Source: a virus (lineage: Duplodnaviria > Caudoviricetes). From it: a stretch of 53,235 nt of DNA. A model generated the notes under the pieces. That model did no database searches, was not told the DNA's origin, and saw only the letters and a program-made list of their open reading frames with translations. This document shows positions 8,845 to 18,794 of this stretch, piece after piece (position 1 is the stretch's first letter; every line of letters starts with the position of its first letter). The translations under genes were made by a program, and so were the position numbers. The stretch spans positions 1-53,235 of the IMG/VR virus record IMGVR_UViG_3300008448_013349; one strand, given 5' to 3'.

Positions 8845-9978
8845 TTAATTTCTCCAGCCGCAATGCCCCGATGACGTACCACCATTAACCCCTGGAGCTA
8901 GTCCAGCTGGGTTTACGGTTCCCGTATCGGTCGCATAAACAAACTTCCAACTCGTATTATTTTGTAAGCCATCATAGTTTCCAAGCATATATTGATGATC
9001 TTGTCCCATAGTGAAGTTTTCTTCCCCACAATTTCCGTGTGGTTTGGCTACGTTACCTATGTTGGTTTCGTTAAATACATTCCATCTTCTTAAATTATAA
9101 CCTCCATTATATGTGCCCTCATTACCAGCATATCCCTTACCCCATTTTGAGCTAATACCTTTTTGTTGACCGCTTGCACCCCATTGTTGGTTTGTTGTGA
9201 AAGTATCTGTGGCAAAAAACAATTTATTACCACTCTCCGAACCATAACCATAACCATAATTTTCATCTGAAAAACCAGATGCACCAAGAGAACTAGTGAG
9301 GGATGTTTTTAAAGTTAAGTATGGTTGCATATTTGGATAATATACACTATACATAACTTCATTAGTTAAATTAAATTTCTCTACAGTCGCAACACCACCA
9401 CCAAATACCCAAGCAAATTCTGTTTCTTGGAATAATGTACCTAAATCGTCTCTTGCATTTGCTAAATCCCATTTAGATTGGTGTGCATACGCAGTTTCAT
9501 TTACCATATGAACACCTGTTGTATATGTTGAATGTATTTGTGTTGCCGATTTCCATAGACCGTCTGTGTTAGTTGACCATACAAACAATATTGATTTACT
9601 ACACGCACCAGATGTATATGATGCTGGATAGTCCATTAATTCACCTAAGTGAACTGTTTGATCGGTTGCATTTGTTGTGCGGTGTACATTCTTCCATGGT
9701 GAAGAATCTTTATAACCACCGGCCAAGTATGAGAAATTAATAATTTGTCTATATAAAAAACCTATTCTATCTGTATTTTGTGAACCAACTGGCTCCCATC
9801 CATCATCTCTATTTGATGCTGCTGTGTACGTGACAACAAAACTTCCACTACTAGATTCTTCAAGGTAAAGAGATCCTATTTCTGGGCTAGATGGTCTATT
9901 AGCTCTTGGTCCTCTAGGTATTATATATTGTCCACTAACATCTAAAGAGCCACTAACAATTACATTTTCTCTTAACAT
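8845..9978 (-). CDS. Putative tail/virion protein with kelch-like beta-propeller, paralog 1
   Basis: Same conserved blocks as the two downstream genes; ends GHCGWRN. Confidence 0.6.
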   Translation of the reverse strand: MLRENVIVSGSLDVSGQYIIPRGPRANRPSSPEIGSLYLEESSSGSFVVTYTAASNRDDGWEPVGSQNTDRIGFLYRQIINFSYLAGGYKDSSPWKNVHRTTNATDQTVHLGELMDYPASYTSGACSKSILFVWSTNTDGLWKSATQIHSTYTTGVHMVNETAYAHQSKWDLANARDDLGTLFQETEFAWVFGGGVATVEKFNLTNEVMYSVYYPNMQPYLTLKTSLTSSLGASGFSDENYGYGYGSESGNKLFFATDTFTTNQQWGASGQQKGISSKWGKGYAGNEGTYNGGYNLRRWNVFNETNIGNVAKPHGNCGEENFTMGQDHQYMLGNYDGLQNNTSWKFVYATDTGTVNPAGLAPGVNGGTSSGHCGWRN

Positions 9979-9995
9979 ACTTTAATATACGTATT

Positions 9996-12900
9996 TTATC
10001 CGGTAACAACAAGTCTTCCTGTTCTATTTGCAGCAAAAGTTACTGTAACTGTTGTTGATGTTATGTTTATTTCAGAAGGGAAAAACATGTTACCACTACT
10101 ATCAAATACTTGTGCAGTTAAGTTTGCTGTTCCTAAATTATGTGTAAAACTAACACTTGAAACGTTAGAAAATGTTGTTGAGTTACTTAATGCTACTCTC
10201 TTCCATGATTGCCATGTTCCGTTATTTTTACCTCTCGCGTACATTATTCCAGTTCTATAATCACCATAAATTTGATGCTGCCAGCTTGAACTATATACTT
10301 GAGAATAAAGTGCCCCATCTGTTGCATTACCTGTTAAGTTGGTTGAACTACCATCAACGTTGGTAACATATGTTGTACCATTCGCATCTAAACTATTTGC
10401 ATTAACACCTTCGTTTGATCCTGTATTTCTAAATGCTCTGCCTTGTATTTGGCTTACGGTTAAAGAAATTGATGTTGTGCCAGATCCTGACGCATCACCA
10501 CTTATTGATATTGATTGGTTTCCTGTTATGTAACCTGGCCCATTTGTAAGTTGATTTAGATTAGTTAAATTTCCTGAATGATATACACTATATTCGGTTG
10601 TGCCTGTCCCAACCCTAACTTTAACACCATTGGTATCCATTGGGTTAAGTACAATCATATCATCCGCATCATTAGAAACGCCAATAACTAATCGATTCGC
10701 TTCACCACTTGATCCACCAATACCATAAGGATGAAATTGTATAAAACCAAAATCTGATGGGTGATTTATATTTGTTCCGTCTTTTTCAGACTCGAAGAAA
10801 ATACCGCTTACGCCTGAAGAATTACCTTTTAGTACAATATTATCTGCACCTGTTACGTAATTAGATGCTGTGGTATACGTTCCTCTTGAAAGTGACCCAC
10901 CAACGGTTAAACCTCCAGTTAATGTAGCGTCTGCAAATGTTGGGGACGCACTTGTTGCCACTGACTGACCAATAGAAACAGTTACTGCTCCGGTTGTTTG
11001 ATTAACAGAAACACCGGTACCCGCACTCACAGATGTTACTTTTGCGTCGGTATATGCTGTACCAATTGAAGTACCATTCCAAACACCTGTTGTAACAGTG
11101 CCCATATAAACTGTACCATCACCGTAAACTCTTAATAAATTATCTGCCCCCCAATGTCCTAAACTTACATAGTTACTATTAGAACCAGCACTAGACCAAT
11201 TATAACCTAAGTAACCTGCGTTTTTAGTACTACCGGATACCCCAACAACAATTAAATTTGTTTGGCCAGCAGTTGTATTTGCTGCAAATGCTTCTATTGA
11301 ATGATTAAAACTAGAAGCGCTTGAGTTATTAACCCTTAATGTTGGTGCATTTCCAGTACCAGTTCCTGATAATGTTAGACCACCAAATGTTGGTGTTGCG
11401 GCAGTATGTATGCTTTGCGGTAATGAGAATGTTACTGCGCCAGTACTTGCACTAACATTTACTTGGTTTGTAGTGCCGGCTACTGATGTTAATTTTGCGT
11501 CAGTATATGTTGTACTTATCGAACTACCATTCCAAGTACCTGAAGTTATGGTTCCGGTAGATACTGTTAAACCATTTATTGTTCCAGCAAAAGTGGCGCC
11601 AGCAAAATCTAAACTTAAATAATCTTTATATGTTGCATCGTCTCTAAATGCACTGAAAACAAATCTAGCGCTAGTTCCATTTAATGAATTTCTAACTAAA
11701 CGAATATCACCAAGTACTCTACCGCTACCGATTGAGCCCCCTGGATTAATTTGTAATGTTATATTTGAATACTGGCCGGCAGCATTTGTTGTGCTTGTGT
11801 TTTGCATAACAAAGAAACGCCCAGCATCTGTTGGATCCGTGTTAGCTGTATATGTTTGTGTTGAGCCGGTTTGAACTGTTAACACACCTCTACTATCTGT
11901 TCCACCTATTTGTGCTCTACCTGTTATTGTTAAGCTAGCGTGTGTTGGTGAGCTTGTTGTTAATAATGCTTGATCAATATATGTTCCAAAACCTGTTGTT
12001 CCAGTTAATGCTACTTGAGCTGAACCGCTAAATGCCCCAATTGCGTTACCGATTGTTGCCGCGCTTATACTGCCGCCCAATGATGTGGATGTATTAGCAA
12101 TGGTGATTGAGCTATTTGTCAAGGAACTATTACCAATGTTTGATAAAGTATTTGATGCACCACTAATTGTTTTATTAGTTAACGTTTGTGATGTTGTTCT
12201 TAATACAATATCATCTTCTGAACCAAGCACACCTGCAATCCATTTATCACTTGTTGTGTCCCATAATAATGAACCAGATGCGTTTGATGGTGAAGTAGCA
12301 TCTCTAACAACAAGACCAGCATTTGTTGCGCCTGTACCATTCAATTGAATGATATTATCTGCAATATTAACCGTTGTTGAATTTACCGTTGTTGTTGTTC
12401 CCGATACAGTAAAGTTACCTTTCACAGTAACATCGGCACCACTTAAACTAAATGCACTATTAAATGAATTTGTAAAACTATTTAAACTACTTGTTGCAGT
12501 ATGGATTGCATTTATGTTAGTTGTATTAGAGCTAGTATAACTGTTCAATGAACCTGTGCTAGTTTCCAATGCACTTAACCTTCCTCCGGTACTACTTGTA
12601 AAGCTATTTAATGACGCTGTTGTAGCTTCAATAACCCCCAATCTAGTATTATTAGAAGATGTATAAGAATTCAAACTACTTGTTGCAGTATGAATTGCAT
12701 TTATATTGGTTGTATTAGAACTAGTGTACGAATTAAGTGAACTAGTTGATGATTCAATTGAAGTTAATTTACTAGAAGCACTCGATGTAAAAGTATTTAA
12801 TGAGCCGGTTGTACTCTCAATAGAATTAAGTCTATTGTTTTGTGTTGTATTTGTACTATTGTTAGAACTTGTGTAACTATTAAAATCTGTTCTAATACTA

Positions 12901-15900
12901 CTACTTGCACTTTCAAGAGAATTTAATCTTCCGTTCGCACTACTTGTAAATGTATTCAAAGAACTTGTGGTGCTTTCAATAACCCCTAATCTGGTATTAT
13001 TAGAAGATGTATATGAGTTTAATGATCCTGTAGAGGTTTCAACATTTCCGATTCTAGTAACGGCATTGTTAAACTCTGTTTCTCTAACAATTCTTTGTTC
13101 TGAACCTAATTGACCCGCAATCCAATAATCATTCGTTGCGTCCCATAATAATGAACCAGAAACTTGATTTGGTGCTGTGGTATCTTTAACTCTTAATCCA
13201 GCAAATGATGCACCATTACCATTTAAATTAATTAGATTATTATCAACATCAAGTGTTGTTGTATTTACATTTGTTGTTGTTCCTTTAACTAATAAGTTAC
13301 CTTTAATGGTTAAGTTAGATCCAGTTAATTCTATTGCTGTTTGTAAAGAAGATGTGTAAGAATTTAACCTTCCAGTTGCAATTTGAATTGCTGTTATATT
13401 CGGGCTTGTTATATTTTGTGTAACAATAAGTGTTCCTGTAACTTCTGTATTTGAATTAATACTTACCTTGGTTCCAGTATCTGTTATATTACTATCATTT
13501 AAATGCTCAATACCTGTTCCTTTTGGTATACGATTTAAAGTTAAGTAAGATTCTCCACCTAAATTGTTGGTTGTTTGAGGACCCATCAATAAAACTGATG
13601 ATGTTATAGCAGATTGATTTTGATGAACAAAAATCCATTGATCATTTACCGAATCAAATAACATCGATCCAGAAACTTGAGGTGATGAGCCACTATCTAT
13701 TACAGCTAAGCCGCCAAATCTTGTTGATGGATTTTGAGCATTTACTGTAATTAAGTTTGTCCCGATGTTTAATGTACTTTGAGAAACGAAATTAATTGAA
13801 GACGAACCACCCACAATTAAATCTTGTGAGATGTATAATGAGCCGGTGATTGTTTGACTACCCTGAAATACATTACTTCCAGTTGTTGCATAACTACCGG
13901 TTTTCCCTTCTAGCGAATTCAATCTACTATCTTGCCCAGCATCAGTTGTTGCTAAAGATGAACTGAATGTTGAATAACCTGTTGTACTTGATAAAGTTAC
14001 TTGTGCTGAGCCCGATATAACATTCTCAGCATTTAATCTATTCTTAATCGTTGTATTAATTGAACTTGTGAAAGAATTCAACGAAGATGTTGCAGTTTCA
14101 ATTGATGCAATTCTAGTATTAGTACTACTTGTATAAGAATTTAAAGATGATGTTGTTGACTCAATTACACCTAATCTAGTATTTGTAGATGATGTGTAAG
14201 AATTTAATGAAGCAGTTGTTGAATTAACACTATTATTAATTGCACTTTGAGAACTTGTGTAACTATTAAGTGAGCTAGTGCTTGTTTCAATAGCATTTAA
14301 TCTATTGTTTTGTGTTGTATTTGTAGAATCGTTAGAACTTGTGTAACTATTAAAATCTGTTCTAATAGAACCGCTTGCTGTTTCTAAACTAGTTAATTTA
14401 TTATTCGCACTACTTGTAAATGTATTTAATGAGCCAGTAGATGTCTCAATTGCATTCAGTTTTACATTTGTACTTGATGTATATGAATTTAATGATGATG
14501 TAGCAGTATGAATAGCAGATAAGCTATTGTTAACGCTAGTGGTAAATGTATTTAAAGATCCAGTAGAAGTTTCAATTATACCTAATCTTGTATTTGTTGA
14601 AGATGTATAGCTATTAAAATCACTTCTAATAGATGAACTAGCGGTTTCTAATGAACTTAGTTTAGTGTTTGTACTTGAAGTAAAAGTATTTAAACTTGAT
14701 GTTGATATTTCAAGACTATTAAGTCTACTATTGTTGCTAGATGTTACTTCTTGAATACTACTTACTCTTGAATCAATTGAAGTTGAGAAAGTATTATATT
14801 CATTGTTTAAAATTATTCTTTCTTCGGTACCTAGCTGTCCTGCCTTCCAATAATCGGATGTGCTATCCCATAGCAACGAACCGGATGCGGTATTTGGTGC
14901 AGTGGGATCTTGAACCACTAGACCAGCATTATTTGTGCCAGTGCCATTTAATTGAATAATGTTATCACCAATATTAACTGTTGTAGAATCTATTTGTGTT
15001 GTTGTTCCCTTAACTAACAAATTACCCTTAATTGTTAAATTAGATCCGGTAACTTCAACCGCCCCCAATATAGAAGAGCTAAATGAATTTAAACTACTTG
15101 TTGCAGTATGAATTGCATTTATGTTAGTTGTATTTGAACTTGTATAGGAATTCAAACTACTTGTTGCAGTATGAATAGCATTAATATTAGTTGTATTAGA
15201 ACTTGTATAGCTATTTAAACTAGCTGTTGCTTGATTTAAAGCTGTTAAGGGAGTTGCAAAATCCAATAACCCAATTTGTTGATCTGTATAGTTTTTAGAA
15301 TCCAATAATGATCTACTAATTGACTGAGAAATTGATGTACTGAATGATGTAAAATCTGTAGTACCCGTAATAGATATTTGAATAGCACCAGACACCACAC
15401 CGTCCGCATCCATTTTGTTCTTAATTGTTGTGTTAATTGAACTCGTAAATGTGTTTAAAGATCCTGTGGATACTTCTAAAGCAGATACCCTACTATCATT
15501 TGATGATGTATATGTATTAAAAACCGTTTCATCTAATTTACCGGTTCCAATTGGCTGACCATTCAATGATATTGACCCCGTTATATTAACAGAACCAGTA
15601 ACAGATAAAGATCCGCTTATTGTTTGTGAACCAGTTAATGAGTTTGACCCGGTTGTTGCTATTCTGGATGGGTCAATATATACAACATTTCTATCCGCTT
15701 CAAGATTTAATAAATCTGATTGAACAGAAATTCCGCTTCCCATTCCTGGGTGTGATGTGCAGAAATAATATAGCGTTGATGGGGTTGTGTCCGTTACAAC
15801 TATTTGAATATAATCTGGGGTAGCTCCTGTGGTTACACCGGTGCTGTATATAACACCGCCATTGTGTGTACCATCATTTGTAGTTGAGAACCTAAATGGA

Positions 15901-16421
15901 TGGGCTCCAATATTTGGAAATAAGAATTTATATGTGAATCCCTTAACTAGGGTTAGTTGTGGGTTTCTAACATTATCAATGAAATATTTTCCCGCTGAAT
16001 CCGTTACTGATACTGTCACCAATCCATTTGTACCAACATTAATGTTATTAACCTTTAAATTACCTGTAATTTCGGTGTTTGTGTTGATTAATAAACCATT
16101 TGCTTGGGATATAGATGCGGTAGCATTACCTTCGGAAATTTGGCTTAAATTAAGCCCTGTTACCCCACTAGCCGGTATATTGTATAAACCAGACCCGTTA
16201 CCGCTAAAAGAGCCGGTAAATGAACCGGTATTATATGAAGAAGTGAACTGATGAAAGCTAGATGTTAGGGTATAGGAAGCGGCATGCGAAGCTGAAACCG
16301 CATTTTCCGCAGTACCAGAAATAGTGGCAAATAATGTACCTAAAACCGTTAAATCGCCCGAAACTTGGCCGGAGCCCGATACCGACAGCGAGCCGGATAT
16401 TTGTGGATCAAAAATATTCAT
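9996..16421 (-). CDS. Giant Ser/Thr-rich tail fibre-like protein (2141 aa) with N-proximal cupredoxin-like domain
   Basis: 21-residue SLNSYTSS coiled-coil repeats, repeated GNLxVxGTTT...DNIIQLN knobs, C-terminal RGKNNGTWQSW and HNLGT...VTVTF fibre motifs; HPF...YFCTSHPGM near the N-terminus. Confidence 0.8.
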   Translation of the reverse strand: MNIFDPQISGSLSVSGSGQVSGDLTVLGTLFATISGTAENAVSASHAASYTLTSSFHQFTSSYNTGSFTGSFSGNGSGLYNIPASGVTGLNLSQISEGNATASISQANGLLINTNTEITGNLKVNNINVGTNGLVTVSVTDSAGKYFIDNVRNPQLTLVKGFTYKFLFPNIGAHPFRFSTTNDGTHNGGVIYSTGVTTGATPDYIQIVVTDTTPSTLYYFCTSHPGMGSGISVQSDLLNLEADRNVVYIDPSRIATTGSNSLTGSQTISGSLSVTGSVNITGSISLNGQPIGTGKLDETVFNTYTSSNDSRVSALEVSTGSLNTFTSSINTTIKNKMDADGVVSGAIQISITGTTDFTSFSTSISQSISRSLLDSKNYTDQQIGLLDFATPLTALNQATASLNSYTSSNTTNINAIHTATSSLNSYTSSNTTNINAIHTATSSLNSFSSSILGAVEVTGSNLTIKGNLLVKGTTTQIDSTTVNIGDNIIQLNGTGTNNAGLVVQDPTAPNTASGSLLWDSTSDYWKAGQLGTEERIILNNEYNTFSTSIDSRVSSIQEVTSSNNSRLNSLEISTSSLNTFTSSTNTKLSSLETASSSIRSDFNSYTSSTNTRLGIIETSTGSLNTFTTSVNNSLSAIHTATSSLNSYTSSTNVKLNAIETSTGSLNTFTSSANNKLTSLETASGSIRTDFNSYTSSNDSTNTTQNNRLNAIETSTSSLNSYTSSQSAINNSVNSTTASLNSYTSSTNTRLGVIESTTSSLNSYTSSTNTRIASIETATSSLNSFTSSINTTIKNRLNAENVISGSAQVTLSSTTGYSTFSSSLATTDAGQDSRLNSLEGKTGSYATTGSNVFQGSQTITGSLYISQDLIVGGSSSINFVSQSTLNIGTNLITVNAQNPSTRFGGLAVIDSGSSPQVSGSMLFDSVNDQWIFVHQNQSAITSSVLLMGPQTTNNLGGESYLTLNRIPKGTGIEHLNDSNITDTGTKVSINSNTEVTGTLIVTQNITSPNITAIQIATGRLNSYTSSLQTAIELTGSNLTIKGNLLVKGTTTNVNTTTLDVDNNLINLNGNGASFAGLRVKDTTAPNQVSGSLLWDATNDYWIAGQLGSEQRIVRETEFNNAVTRIGNVETSTGSLNSYTSSNNTRLGVIESTTSSLNTFTSSANGRLNSLESASSSIRTDFNSYTSSNNSTNTTQNNRLNSIESTTGSLNTFTSSASSKLTSIESSTSSLNSYTSSNTTNINAIHTATSSLNSYTSSNNTRLGVIEATTASLNSFTSSTGGRLSALETSTGSLNSYTSSNTTNINAIHTATSSLNSFTNSFNSAFSLSGADVTVKGNFTVSGTTTTVNSTTVNIADNIIQLNGTGATNAGLVVRDATSPSNASGSLLWDTTSDKWIAGVLGSEDDIVLRTTSQTLTNKTISGASNTLSNIGNSSLTNSSITIANTSTSLGGSISAATIGNAIGAFSGSAQVALTGTTGFGTYIDQALLTTSSPTHASLTITGRAQIGGTDSRGVLTVQTGSTQTYTANTDPTDAGRFFVMQNTSTTNAAGQYSNITLQINPGGSIGSGRVLGDIRLVRNSLNGTSARFVFSAFRDDATYKDYLSLDFAGATFAGTINGLTVSTGTITSGTWNGSSISTTYTDAKLTSVAGTTNQVNVSASTGAVTFSLPQSIHTAATPTFGGLTLSGTGTGNAPTLRVNNSSASSFNHSIEAFAANTTAGQTNLIVVGVSGSTKNAGYLGYNWSSAGSNSNYVSLGHWGADNLLRVYGDGTVYMGTVTTGVWNGTSIGTAYTDAKVTSVSAGTGVSVNQTTGAVTVSIGQSVATSASPTFADATLTGGLTVGGSLSRGTYTTASNYVTGADNIVLKGNSSGVSGIFFESEKDGTNINHPSDFGFIQFHPYGIGGSSGEANRLVIGVSNDADDMIVLNPMDTNGVKVRVGTGTTEYSVYHSGNLTNLNQLTNGPGYITGNQSISISGDASGSGTTSISLTVSQIQGRAFRNTGSNEGVNANSLDANGTTYVTNVDGSSTNLTGNATDGALYSQVYSSSWQHQIYGDYRTGIMYARGKNNGTWQSWKRVALSNSTTFSNVSSVSFTHNLGTANLTAQVFDSSGNMFFPSEINITSTTVTVTFAANRTGRLVVTG
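12480..15230 (-). repeat. Intragenic 63-nt (21-aa) imperfect tandem repeat arrays
   Basis: aaactacttgttgcagtatg at 15091 and 15154 (63-nt offset), also near 12484 and 12673; gttagaacttgtgtaactattaaaatctgttctaata at both 12861 and 14331. Confidence 0.85.
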
Positions 16422-16446
16422 CTAAATATTGTGTTATTTTATTTAG

Positions 16447-16454
16447 ATAAATAC
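16447..16454 (-). promoter_or_regulatory. GTATTTAT candidate late-promoter motif
   Basis: Intergenic before the giant fibre gene; same octamer before the starts at 8826 (8832-8839) and 20648 (20694-20701). Confidence 0.35.
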
Positions 16455-16478
16455 TTTGTTATCCTTTCTTGGTTACTT

Positions 16479-16985
16479 CTATATTAGGCTTTTTGCCCCA
16501 TTCCGATATTTTTTATTACTATCAATCTTAAATGTAAATTCAGTATCAAGGTACCCTTCTAACTTACTTAAACCGAAAGGGGTATAGTATAATTCATCAT
16601 ATGTTAGAAATAAGCAATCATCACAACTTAATAGGTATTCATTTTCCTTAATAATTGTTTGTTCCATTTCTAAGATTTTAGAATGATTCTCTAATAAAAA
16701 TGATTTTTCAATGGTATATGGTTCAAATTTTTTTTCAACTAAATCCGCGTATACTCTACTTTCAGCTTGATCTTTAATATTATCCCTAGTTAAAACTATC
16801 TTTTTATCAAAATAAGATTGAATTTCATTATATTTTGATTCAGAGGGGGTTATTTTTATGATAATGTCAGTAGGTAAGGGGTAAATTAAGCTACCTCTGT
16901 GGTAATCACAACCATAATGCGCCATTAACAATTGGGCTAATGCTGTGGACCCCGTTCTATGTGTTGTATAAATTAGAATTTTCAT
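16479..16985 (-). CDS. Sulfotransferase-like P-loop protein
   Basis: ILIYTTHRTGSTAL PAPS-binding-loop-like motif; IVLTRDN; LTYDEL. Confidence 0.6.
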   Translation of the reverse strand: MKILIYTTHRTGSTALAQLLMAHYGCDYHRGSLIYPLPTDIIIKITPSESKYNEIQSYFDKKIVLTRDNIKDQAESRVYADLVEKKFEPYTIEKSFLLENHSKILEMEQTIIKENEYLLSCDDCLFLTYDELYYTPFGLSKLEGYLDTEFTFKIDSNKKYRNGAKSLI

Positions 16986-17799
16986 TAATATGTTTTAATA
17001 TACTTTCAGCTATAGATAAATGACCGTCATAACTTGGGTGGTAATCTATGATAGCAGAATTTGTATCATGCATAATTGTATGTTTATCTCTAATAATTTT
17101 TTGTAAAATTCCATCTTCACTTGTAGAGATTAGATTTTTTGGTTTCTCATACATACCTGGCCAATAATCTTCGTGTATTAAATAAATCTGTAATCCTAGT
17201 GAGGTTAAAAAATTAGAAAGTTTAATGAACCTCCAAATTTGTCTTTCATAATATTTTTTAGTTGATAAAAACTCGGTAAAAAAATATTTTATAAGATTAT
17301 ATTTTTCTTTGGTCAATTTTAATTCTTTTTTATTTGTTTCACCTGTAGAAAATGTCAAAGCATCTTCTCCGCCATTTTCATATTCTTTCACAATATTTGT
17401 ACTAAAAACGGTTTTAAAGAAATAGGGTGACTTGTTGTCTGGATCATATATATTATCACGACTATTAACTTCCCAGCCACCAAATAACTTTTTTTCCTTT
17501 ACAAATGGAAAGTCATATCTAGCACTTGTAGAAATTTGAATTACAATAATGTCGTCACTTTTAAATTCACTCAAATTATCAAAAACGTAATCAATAATGT
17601 GGTCGTTACTGATACCATTAACACCATAATTTAAAAGGTTTAAACCAAGTGTTGATGCAACATGTTCAGCCCATATTGGTCTATCTAAATCTATGTAATC
17701 CACATACTTTACATTGAATGTATTATCCAAATTACCGGGAAATTTCCTACACCCATATCCAAAAGTAAAACTATCGCCAAATGTCCAAAGGTTATTCAT
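16957..17799 (-). CDS. SGNH/GDSL-like hydrolase or acyltransferase
   Basis: LWTFGDSFTFG block I; NYGVNG; DYHPSYDGH block V. Confidence 0.65.
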   Translation of the reverse strand: MNNLWTFGDSFTFGYGCRKFPGNLDNTFNVKYVDYIDLDRPIWAEHVASTLGLNLLNYGVNGISNDHIIDYVFDNLSEFKSDDIIVIQISTSARYDFPFVKEKKLFGGWEVNSRDNIYDPDNKSPYFFKTVFSTNIVKEYENGGEDALTFSTGETNKKELKLTKEKYNLIKYFFTEFLSTKKYYERQIWRFIKLSNFLTSLGLQIYLIHEDYWPGMYEKPKNLISTSEDGILQKIIRDKHTIMHDTNSAIIDYHPSYDGHLSIAESILKHINENSNLYNT

Positions 17800-18467
17800 G
17801 ATATGAATTTATAAAAATATTCTGATTGAATCAAGTGTCCCTTTTCACCAAAATGATCATCATTTAATAATCCATTGGTTTCCATTCTAATATCTTCTGC
17901 TCCCAATGAAATTAAATAAGATCTGAGATCGTTATGTTCAGCCCCAATAAATCCAGGTCTATTTAATGTTTGATCAAAAGTCCAATAAAAAAGTTTAAAC
18001 CCCTTTAATTGATGATACCCATTAATTAGATTCATCCAATTATCAATTTCGTTTGCCCATTTTTTATTTACTCTGTTTCTGGATATCTGATTAATTGTTT
18101 CTAATTCAATACCGTTTAATAATCTTGGGGTGTTGGGATTGTTTATTGCGTAAGGTCTTACAGTTATAAAACTTTCTGTATATTCATCATATAACCTATA
18201 GTTTTGAATATTCGCCCATCCAATAATTACTATATCATCTTTTTGAATTTTGTTCGATGCTTTACAAAACCACTCAAAAATATCATAGTTTGATTGACCT
18301 TCAATAGCATAGTTATTTAACTTTAAATTAAGTTTTGATGATAATAACTCTGACCAGGATGGTGGAAAATTATCGTTTCTAAGGCGTCTATAATATTCAT
18401 ATCGCCTCTCTTTAGTTCTACCAAAAATTGAGGATGCATTGTCTCCAAAAACCCAAAGTCTATTCAA
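17796..18467 (-). CDS. SGNH-like protein with the catalytic Ser apparently replaced (GDN)
   Basis: LWVFGDNASS, NYAIEGQSN, DDHFGEKGH; paralog of the downstream gene; TTG start. Confidence 0.55.
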   Translation of the reverse strand: MNRLWVFGDNASSIFGRTKERRYEYYRRLRNDNFPPSWSELLSSKLNLKLNNYAIEGQSNYDIFEWFCKASNKIQKDDIVIIGWANIQNYRLYDEYTESFITVRPYAINNPNTPRLLNGIELETINQISRNRVNKKWANEIDNWMNLINGYHQLKGFKLFYWTFDQTLNRPGFIGAEHNDLRSYLISLGAEDIRMETNGLLNDDHFGEKGHLIQSEYFYKFIS

Positions 18468-18469
18468 AA

Positions 18470-18568
18470 TTAATTAGAATGTTTAGCTCTAATAGCCGCA
18501 AATAAAATTTGTAAAATGTTTAATGATGCTACTTTATCTGCTTCCGTTGCTGCTGTTTTTATCTTCAT
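18470..18568 (-). CDS. Small ORF, 32 aa (MKIKTAATEADKVASLNILQILFAAIRAKHSN)
   Basis: Read manually; fills the gap between flanking genes on the coding strand. Confidence 0.55.
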   Translation of the reverse strand: MKIKTAATEADKVASLNILQILFAAIRAKHSN

Positions 18569-18579
18569 TTCAATATATT

Positions 18580-18789
18580 TTATTTTTTAAACCCTAATTT
18601 TTCCCAAATAATTTTGAATGGGCAAACACCAGTAAGTGCCGCTAATGGTAATATAGTTGGTGGAGCCCAATGCAGCCAACTAACATTTTCAAAACCAGCT
18701 AAACAATTGGCAATAAACACAACAATTCCTACTGATAGAAATGTCATTCTTGCTGACGGTGAGGCATCACCTAAATTAAATAATTTCAT
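18580..18789 (-). CDS. Small two-helix membrane protein, DUF2892/YgaP-like
   Basis: Two hydrophobic segments followed by ALTGVCPF...LG. Confidence 0.6.
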   Translation of the reverse strand: MKLFNLGDASPSARMTFLSVGIVVFIANCLAGFENVSWLHWAPPTILPLAALTGVCPFKIIWEKLGFKK

Positions 18790-18794
18790 AATTT

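Noticed and set aside
12480-15230. CRISPR array or DGR-like repeats
   Set aside because: The repeats are in-frame and codon-degenerate, with no spacers, no adenine-specific variation, and no cas or reverse transcriptase gene in the window.
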